From Catajapyx aquilonaris (lineage: Eukaryota): 64,000 bases of DNA. The DNA lies in assembly GCA_000934665.2 (NCBI GenBank), contig JYFJ02001575.1:1-64000 (forward strand). Direction: 5' to 3'. A program made the position numbers and the translations under genes. The notes beneath the pieces are model-generated. The model saw only the letters and a program-made list of their open reading frames with translations, was not told the DNA's origin and did no database searches. This document shows positions 51,459 to 64,000 of this stretch, piece by piece (within the stretch, counting starts at the first letter, position 1; each line of letters opens with the position of its first letter).

Positions 51459-54400
51459 ATGGCGCGTGCGGATTGGGATGAAGTGAAGAGACTTGCGGCC
51501 GATTTTCGTCGCGCACAGCTCACCTCGTCGTCCCAAAAGTATGGATATGTCCATGGCCGGATTCGGCACAGTCTGGCCGTTCGAACGATATAAAATATTA
51601 GAGGGGTTTAAAGCGTACAGGGGCACACAGGGGCCAACATCTGTTTGGAACATATGTGAAAAAAAGGTGGAATTGTTCTGATTTTTGGAACACATTGTAA
51701 TTAATTTTGATTAATTAATTAATATGTTTGGACATTGCTAGGGTCGCATTTGGGACAATGTGGCCGTCCGAACGACATAAAATTTTAAGGGGTTTAAAGC
51801 ACCGGATGGGCAAAAACATCTTGTTTGGAATGTGGGGGAAAAAAAGAACACAATTTGTAATTAGTGTTCTAATTAGGAGAACACTGTAATTTGACAAATT
51901 GTTGTAATTTAACACAATGTTTTTTATTCCAGGTTGTCTGAACGCAATTGTATCGAGATTGTGAGCAAGTTGGTGGAACTTAAGCTGATAGATGTGACGT
52001 TCACGACTGACGGCAAAGAGTACGTGACGGTCCAGCATGTCAACAAGGAAATACGGGATGAGCTGTACGTTAATCACGGAAGGGTCAACTTGGTTGACCT
52101 CTCGCAATCGCTCAAGCTGGACCTGACCCAGATTGAGCTGCGGACGGCTGAACTGATCAAGTCGGATAAGAGCAATTTGCATCTGGTTTTAGGCCAGCTG
52201 ATTGAACGATCCTATTTGGATCGTATGTGCGAGGAGATTAATGAGTTGTTGGAGACTAAAGGCCAGGTGCATATCGGGGAGTTGGCCAAGTCGTATGACC
52301 TGCCTGGAGATTTCCTGCACCGGCAGCTTGAAAAGCGGCTTGGGAGTATACTGAAAGGTCAATGTCATCCGTCGGATCCGAGGCTGATTTTCAACCAGGC
52401 TTTCATCGGAAAGTGGCAAGCTTGGATGCAAGGAGTGATGTCTGCCATCACCCGACCGACTTCGCTCGCACCGATTTTGTCCAGATGCGCACTTCCAGAG
52501 GCATTGTTTTTCAGTAAGTGTAAGTAATTACGATGTGTGGGATTTTACTTAAACTGTCTCTTCCCTCCAGGCGTTATAGACAATCTGATCCGGAGCAAGC
52601 GAATAGCAGGGACTGTCAGTGGGGGCCAAACAGCGAGCCAAGCGACGTTCATCCCTGCATTGCATTCACGCTCGCAGAATGAATGGGTCGAGAGCTTTTA
52701 CCATCAGAACGGATACCTCGAGTATGACAACCTCGTGCGCTTAGGGATTACGGACCCAAAGGGGTTTGTGAAGCGCAAGTACCCGTCAGAACCTCTTGCG
52801 TTCCTTCCATCTGGATGCGTTGGACGGGTGTTGACAGAGCAGATTGATGAAGCTGTTGGCGAGGCCTTGGCTTCGGGATCATGGCTGGATGTTATGCCAA
52901 TCCTTCCGACTGTGTTTGGAACTGGGGATGCTAACCAGTTACTCCAGGACGCATTGAAGAGGAGGAAGGAGAAGTGCGGACAGATGGCATCAATATTGTG
53001 CGAGACCATGGTTGCAAGCGACTTCCTGTTGGAGCAGCTTCGGAAGGGCTTCAACGATCAGATGCAGACAAAGGCGGAAAAGGACGTGACATCAGGAGCA
53101 TACATCAAGGTGAGTAGATTTGATTTGATGGATGCCTGTTAATAAGTTGTTTCCATTTTTGTCAATAGGCTCAGATGGATGCAAAGTCCAAATCGGGAAA
53201 GTACGACGCGGAGGATTCAAAGCGTGATAAGAAAGAGGAGCGTCGGAAGAAGGCGGTCGGTGGGAAAGGAGGTGGCGGAACTCAGGGTAGGGAAACGAAG
53301 ACGAAATCCACCAAGAAGCGTGCAGCTCGCCGCCAGGTTGAATCGTCCGACTCGGAGCCGGAGGAGTCCACAGCGGCCAAACCAGGAGAGCTCGACTTCC
53401 TCTCGTTAGAAGAGATACAAACCCAGCTGTCAAAGCAAGACCTACTTAAAGATGCGCCGGAAGAACTTGTCGAGGCCGTCGCCACGCAGTTTTGGCCTCG
53501 TTTGCAGAAGGAATACCAACAGGCAGTCCGGTCGTCATTTGAAGCGTCTGTTGCGAACGCAAGTCAGACCAGACGCAAGACTCACGTGGGCCTGCAGGAC
53601 AAGATCGCAGGTCTGGTTGGCAATTTGAAGCAGTTTGAGAAAGGTTTGGGCCAGTTCAAGAGTGGCGAGGTGCAAGGGGCGTTGGCGAAACATCTTCTCA
53701 GGACGCTGTGTACCGATGTGGTCAATGACATTTTCGCGTACCTGGCGCAAGAAAATATGCTGCAGGCCGGTGATAAGGAGATGACCGCAGAGGTAAGGAG
53801 TTGCATTCTGTAATTGTTTATAATGAATAAATTGCCACAATTTGTTTTCCAGTCGAGAAACAAGCTGCTGACAAAGTTACCTGAGGAAATGCACGAGCAC
53901 CTACGCAAACTGAACAAGAGCTTATCAGGGAAGGGCGTAGACGAGTTCCTAGCCGCTTTGGAAACTGTTCTGGGGTCTTCAGTGTGCGACATGGTTGTGA
54001 AAAAGCCGGACAAGAAGAAGGAAAAGTGAGATCTACATCTTACTCTATTCAAAGACCGTTCACTAATTTGCTTTTACTTGTTCTTGATTAGGCAAGTGGT
54101 GTCAGCGCATCGCCAGGCTTTGATTGAGCAGCTGACAGTGTGCCTTGATCCGGCCGTGACTCTTCACCTGTCCGTCATAATATTGTTCCAGACCTTAACC
54201 CAATGTATGCTGCATGCCTCGGGGAAGTTTGTCCCACAGATACTTCTATACCTGCAACCACACCTGGAATCCGAAGCTTACGACACGCTTCACACATATC
54301 AAGGTGAGTGTCGTAGCAGCTAACTACTGCATCTCCCGCAAATTATCGCTATTGTGCCATACAGGTCTGGTGATGAAGCAGCTGACCATAACAGACGAGG

Positions 54401-54516
54401 AGGACGAAGAACTGAAGGACGTGAAGCTGCAGTTAGAAGAGCTGACCCCAAAGGTCAAGGAAATCGCAGTCACAACGAAGAAAAGCGTGCAGAAGGCAGC
54501 TGACAAGGAAAATTGA
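51459..54516 (+). CDS. UFL1: E3 UFM1-protein ligase 1, 786 aa, 7 exons
   Basis: Exons 51459-51538, 51933-52513, 52571-53109, 53169-53792, 53853-54025, 54092-54303, 54365-54516 (2361 nt). Signature N-terminus DWDEVKRLAADFRRAQL...KLSERNCIEIVSKL, FTTDGKEY, and KKEERRKKAVGGKGGGGTQGRETKTKSTKK. Confidence 0.97.
51539..51700 (+). ncRNA. Candidate structured intronic RNA, copy 1 (three hairpins, H-box-like ATATAA)
   Basis: Hairpins 51555-51578, 51606-51651 and 51674-51692; homologous to 51726-51890 with pairing-preserving substitutions. Confidence 0.45.
51726..51890 (+). ncRNA. Candidate structured intronic RNA, copy 2 (H/ACA-like: hairpin, ACATAA, hairpin, ACA, plus a third hairpin)
   Basis: Stem GTTTGGAC/GTCCGAAC with upper stem 51742-51765; ANANNA at 51775-51780; stem 51792-51831; ACA at 51848-51850; stem 51863-51885. 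Confidence 0.5.
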
Positions 54517-54678
54517 GGCGACTGCAGACGATTGCAATGTGCTGACGATTTCGTAGTTTGAGGCTTGGTTACCAGTTTTTCCAAGTGAGGGTTTGCTTGT
54601 TGGGTAAGTTGGGTTCCAAAAGTAATTAAAAATCACTGATTACAAACATTGGTAATTATTGCTGTATTGCACACACCA

Positions 54679-54809
54679 TGGGGCCGTGCAGACGGGCCCT
54701 GGCCAACTTCCAGGAAGTTGGCCTACGTTGTAAGCCGTGGCCTGGCCGTGGCTTGCCAGGTGTGAACAGTCGCGGCCGCGGCTGGGCTTGGCCCGTCTGC
54801 ACGGCCCCA
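54679..54809. mobile_element. MITE-like element, ~130 bp, GC-rich
   Basis: Perfect 20-bp terminal inverted repeat TGGGGCCGTGCAGACGGGCC (54679-54698) / GGCCCGTCTGCACGGCCCCA (54790-54809); internal palindrome GGCCAACTTCC-A-GGAAGTTGGCC; no clear TSD. Confidence 0.7.
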
Positions 54810-55199
54810 GTGATGGAGTACAACGTAAATCTGATTGTGTATGCTTATGCAGCGTTGAATTTTAAAACATATTAGGAGCCCAATTTGCCTCTTCCGTTAC
54901 GTGGGATGTGGTGCTAAAAGTAATTTTGCGGAGTATTTCAGTTTGACTTTCAACCAGTGAATTGTTTTTTGTAATGACAATCTCATTTTTGCCAATTACA
55001 AAGGGAATTGTTCAATTCACGTTGTGGTTTTTACGTCCAGAAACCCTCACCTTTTTTCGCCCCGATTTCGCCCGAAGTATGGTCCTCTTTATTTTGTCCC
55101 TTTACATTTCAGTTCATTTCAACGTATGAACACAACAAGTTTATCTCTTTGCTAATAACATCCACAAAATCGACAAACATAATCGCTAAATTGGGCCGC

Positions 55200-55660
55200 T
55201 TATTGTTGCGCAGGTTGTTTCCCCATTTGGACTAGACACTCCCACATGAAGGGCAGCTTGGAGACGTAATCCTCGTACCACTCTCCTGCTGCCTTCTCCT
55301 CCACATCCGCCATGTCCAGGGACTGCTTCAGTATCTGCAGAGCATCTAGCTCTCTGTTAAACTTTGCTTCCTCGTCAACCACCATCTGGATGGCCATCCG
55401 CATCTTGACAGTCGGCGCAGATGGTTGCTGGTGGTTGCCATCAACTTATCCCTTTCTTCCCCGATTGTAAGCTGGAAGTGCAAACTGAGATTTCGGGGGG
55501 AATCTCACCTCATCGTTAGATCCTTGCACTCCACATCTCTTCCAGGTAGTACACTCGTTTGGCGTGTGTTGACATAGCCGTGTCCTTCTTCTTCCGTGCC
55601 GCCATTAATTTCCGCAGATATTCCTCCTCCTTCAGGAACCGATCTCGCTGGCCACTGCAC
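55200..55660 (-). pseudogene. Degenerate coiled-coil protein coding remnant
   Basis: Coding-like E/K/L-rich segments (RDRFLKEEEYLRKLMAARKKKD; LTIGEERDKLM; MAIQMVVDEEAKFNRELDALQILKQSLDMADVEEK) lie in different frames, separated by stops/frameshifts and a 37-nt GT-AG intron-like gap. Confidence 0.4.
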
Positions 55661-56196
55661 CTTTAAAATCGCTATTGTTTCTAACGGCTATGTTGCGCCT
55701 GATATTATCTGAAAAGCATGTACAGTCGGATGTAAGTCCATACTAGGGATTACACTTACTTTATATGTCAGCCTGTGCAAAATGCAAATAATTATTTAGC
55801 AATTTGCACAGGCTGTCCGACCATTAATATTGGACAAGCCGTTATTAACCGTACTAATTAGGTGTCAATAATTGCATAGTACCTGGAACAATCCTTCTCG
55901 TAGCCAAAAAAATAATAATTGTGATTTGTTTGACAATTATCGCATTCCGTTCAATTATTATTGTTATTGAACAGAATTCGTAAATTCGAAGAAAAAAAAA
56001 AGGAACTGCCCGCGCAAATCGCACAGCCGCTATGGATCCAAAACAGCAGCCGACAGCTAATATCCGCAGTAGCCATTAAGCAAAAGCAGCTGTGGCTACA
56101 AACGGCCCTCCCCTTTACCATTGTTGCTGATCCCAAAGAGAGTCGGCAACAATGTGATAATAATTGTTGAGGAAGAAAAAAATTATTAGAACAATT

Positions 56197-57724
56197 ATGG
56201 AGCAAGGTGACAGGTATGCACGCTTATTCTGGTCTTATGAGCTGCATACGGTTGCGTTGAAGTATTCATTGTACGTATAGTGCGCTCCCTGCCAGTTATT
56301 ATTGTTGGGGTATGTATCGACCCGTATGAAGCTCATTGCTTATTGATGGCTCGTTGCTTATTGATGGCTCAAGGCCAAGGTGGGGGACATGTAGTATGTT
56401 GAATGCGATTGAGCAAAAGTCGTGGCTGCAGTCGCAGTTCGGGAGGACACCCCTTTTTAAATTGTTGCGGATGTTGCTTTCTCCAGCATGCAGGATGCGG
56501 ATGCTGAGGCCAATGATGTGTTGCAGTGGCTTGAGGCTAGTCTGGGAGATGACTCGGTGCTGTGCGATGACCTGATGTTGCCAAAGAGCAAGGACGTTGA
56601 GGTACAAGGTGCTAACAGAAGATCAAAATCGTTTTTTACATTAACAATTTTATTGCAGGATGATATTGTACCGTACAAGAGGCGGAGGACGTGCAATGAG
56701 GATTCGGATCCTTCTGCATTCAACGGAGATTCATGCCAGTCTGAACTGATTTTTTACGCAGCAAGCACCGGAAGCAATCGCAAGCAGAAGGACGTGCATA
56801 GGACAGATTCAAGCACTGCCAAACACAGAAACGGCCTATGCACGTCCAAGATGGTTTCCCATCCTGATAATGGGACCCAGTCGGCCTGCGATAATTACAA
56901 AAATGACAAACGTAAGAGAGGTGAAATTATTTTGCGGAGAGGTATAGTAGGGGTTAGCTAACTTGTGGGTTTAGAGAGGTGGCTTGTGTCCTTAGCCCCG
57001 CCCTGTACCGGTCAACCAATCTGTATTAGATTTCAAAGGGGATGGGCGTTATGTTATAAAACCTCAAAAATGAGATGAGTTTGTTTGTACACTAATGCAG
57101 TTGGTAAAATATTTCCCCCACCAATCATTCTAAATTCCATACAAAAAAAACAAAACTGAGCAGGGGGCGGGACTAATTATGGTTGCCAAGGACACAAGCC
57201 ACCTCCCAAAACCCATAAGTTAGCTTACCCCTACTATAATGTAGGAATATATTTTGTTTAGCACGTTCGGCTGTTTATGTAATTAGAGCGACAGGTGTAT
57301 GTAACTAATCGTGATTTATTATACAGACATCCAGTTATGGGAGGGCAAAAACCCAGCGCAATTCTTGAACGAGGTGTCGCAGAAGAAAGGATGGAAGCCT
57401 CCAAAGTACACCGAAATCGAGAGGAGCGGACCGTCACATTCACACAGTTTTCGTTTCCAGGTAAATTCCTTCCCGCCAGCTATAATCGCAACTTGTGTCA
57501 TATCAAGTATGCTTTTAACAATGCTTTTGCCTAGTAAACTCGGCTGGATATGTACAGCACAGTTTATGCTTACCTGAAAGAGTGCGTATTGTTTCATAAG
57601 GTGTTCTATCCTTCAGGTTGAATTGAACGGACAGTTGTTTGCCTCCAAGCATTTTGCGCAGACCAAAAAATTGGCCAGGCAGTACGTCGCGAACACGTGC
57701 ATCAAGAAAATGAGGCTGGGATAG
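56197..57724 (+). CDS. Small protein with a single C-terminal double-stranded RNA-binding domain (DSRM), ~208 aa, 5 exons
   Basis: Exons 56197-56213, 56487-56601, 56659-56911, 57327-57460, 57617-57724; phase-consistent (627 nt). DSRM: GKNPAQFLNEVSQKKGWKPPKYTEIERSGPSHSHSFRFQ|VELNGQLFASKHFAQTKKLARQYVANTCIKKM. NLS-like PYKRRR. Confidence 0.75.
56943..57238. mobile_element. MITE with ~54-bp TIRs and TA flanks (Tc1/mariner-pogo type) in intron 3 of the dsRBD gene
   Basis: TATAGTAGGGGTTAGCTAACTTGTGGGTTTAGAGAGGTGGCTTGTGTCCTT versus reverse complement of the right end, TATAGTAGGGGTAAGCTAACTTATGGGTTTTGGGAGGTGGCTTGTGTCCTT. Confidence 0.8.
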
Positions 57725-58573
57725 TTTCGGGTTTAGTTTTCTGAAAGACTGGTGTTCGACGTAAGTGTATTAAAATACTGATCTCCCATCCCCAGTGTGA
57801 ACTCATATTTTCGCAATTTGTATTTCCTTATTCTGTACATGAACTTGTAAAGGTAGTGACGTAAGTATTATGCAAGGTGTGCTGTGTAGCATGCAGCTAT
57901 TTAATTTATAAATGTAGACACACTGATGGATCGTAATAAAGTGCTTTTTTTTAAACATTGTCAACATTTCCATTGTACTCGTATTGTAGATAGAATTTTA
58001 TCAATACAGGTCATGTCGTTTAAACCACTTTTTAAATCAATATCTTTGCTGCGTGTTTGTAAGTGGATTGTGAATTATTCACTGCCAGCAGTGGGACATG
58101 ACAGACGTTTCTTACACCGAACATGATTTTAGTACCATTGCGGAGTCCGTACATTTGCCGGGTTTTACTTTAGCAAGCGTACAATTAATTGCTGTTGACG
58201 GAGAAAGGCTATGGAAATTTTTCATATCTACTTTTGCCAATGCTTAGTGCACATTTTTGTAAAACTGTTGGCAAAATTTTATGCGATCTTACGCTGCTAT
58301 ACATGAAATTGTTGTGTGCGCTCTGTACAGAGCATATGCGGCTACCTTACAAAGCAGTCTCAACTACGATGATGACAAACTGTACCCTGAACGGTCATGT
58401 GTAATTTTAGCACAATTGTTCCAGCATAATTAGTGCTAAAAAATTAATTAAAACAAACTGTCAATCGCAACCTAATAAATAGCTCAAGTTGTCAGAACCA
58501 GCACCTGTCAAACTAAGCCGCTATGCTATTCCGTATCATATTCGGTTCACAACTTCCATTTCCCCGGCATCTG

Positions 58574-58623
58574 ATTGGTCAGATTACATCCGAGCCGTGA
58601 TTTGATTGGTCTGATTGCACGTG
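58574..58623 (+). promoter_or_regulatory. Probable Scm proximal promoter: two reverse CCAAT boxes and an E-box
   Basis: TGATTGGTC twice (ATTGG at 58574 and 58605, 31 bp apart, a typical NF-Y tandem spacing); CACGTG at 58618-58623; ~430 bp upstream of the Scm ATG. Confidence 0.5.
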
Positions 58624-59048
58624 TAAACGTCAATCTACCAAAAAAAAAGCGGAGTAATGGCCGCTTATTAGTTACAAAAAGAAAAAAAGAAAAAAAAAGT
58701 GTTCTAAAAAGCAATATGGCGTGTTTGTGAAGTGACGCTCAAGTTCGATCCACGTTCGAATCTGGAAAATGCAGCCGTGTTCGGTCCTTCCCGGCATCTG
58801 GAAAGGTGCGGGCGGACACAGGGGCCGACCAGGGGCCGACCAGGCGGCTAGAAGTGGAAGAAGTAGGAGGAACAAGACGAATTGGAGAGAGAGTCCACTT
58901 CGAACACACGACGACATGTAAAAAAAATATCCATCGGGTCACTCGCCAGTCTGAAAATTGGATTTAAAAAGAGAAGAACAAACAGTATAATCAAAAACAG
59001 AAGGGGTGCCGAGCTGATCGATTTGTTTGGGAGCAATTTATTCGAGCC

Positions 59049-63476
<4,428 letters not shown>

Positions 63477-64000
63477 GAGATTTAAAATTTACAAGATTTT
63501 TGTTGACGGGGGTCGGAAAAAGTAAAGTGCTAACTTTCAACTTCGGTAAAGGCTGGTTTTTCGTGTGTGAAGGGTTTCTCGCAATCCTGAAAAAAAAAAA
63601 AAAAGAAGAGTACAAAAAGGGTGTGTGCATAGCGTAAGGCTGCTAGCATCAGTTTTTGAAAGAATGGTGCTGCTGGCGGAAGTTGCGGTAGTCTACTCTC
63701 CATTTGTGGGGGAAGGAGTTGGGGGTTTGTTGTGTAACGCTTTTTGTGAAAATAGTTGTGCAGCATCGGTTATTTTGAAATCGCTTTTTGGAGGTCAGGA
63801 GAGGCCGTTTTATGCAATATCACACTTCGATACCTTGCTTTTTCAATATGCAATTACCTGCTTTAGTGCTTTATTAGTCATAAGTTGTTTCCTTGCCCGA
63901 AATGGAAGTGTAGGCCAACCGGCAAACACGGTGACGTAATATTTGTTAACATACGTAACTTTTCTGCACCAAGTATTATTGAGAGATACTCTTCACATAT

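Overview
Eukaryotic, intron-containing DNA that is probably from an arthropod: the exon peptides resemble the insect SKIP and Scm families as I recall them, and minimal introns are about 55-65 nt. The first ~49 kb hold the 5'-truncated body of one large SH3+SAM adaptor gene (SKIP/SASH1 family). I built 13 phase-consistent exons for it by hand. It has a 26.8-kb intron, a GC-AG intron splitting the SH3 domain, and candidate alternative first or cassette exons. Its introns carry MITEs, fold-back elements and satellites. The last ~14 kb are gene-dense: PACRG (- strand, RFX X-box promoter) lies head-to-head with UFL1 (+), followed by a frameshifted coiled-coil remnant (-), a small orphan single-dsRBD gene (+) and Polycomb Scm (+). 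The most notable unexplained signal is in UFL1 intron 1: two diverged tandem ~165-nt copies of a three-hairpin RNA structure with compensatory and G-U-consistent substitutions, the first copy starting exactly at the 5' splice site. Gene models come from manual splice and phase reconstruction; no database searches or folding programs were run.
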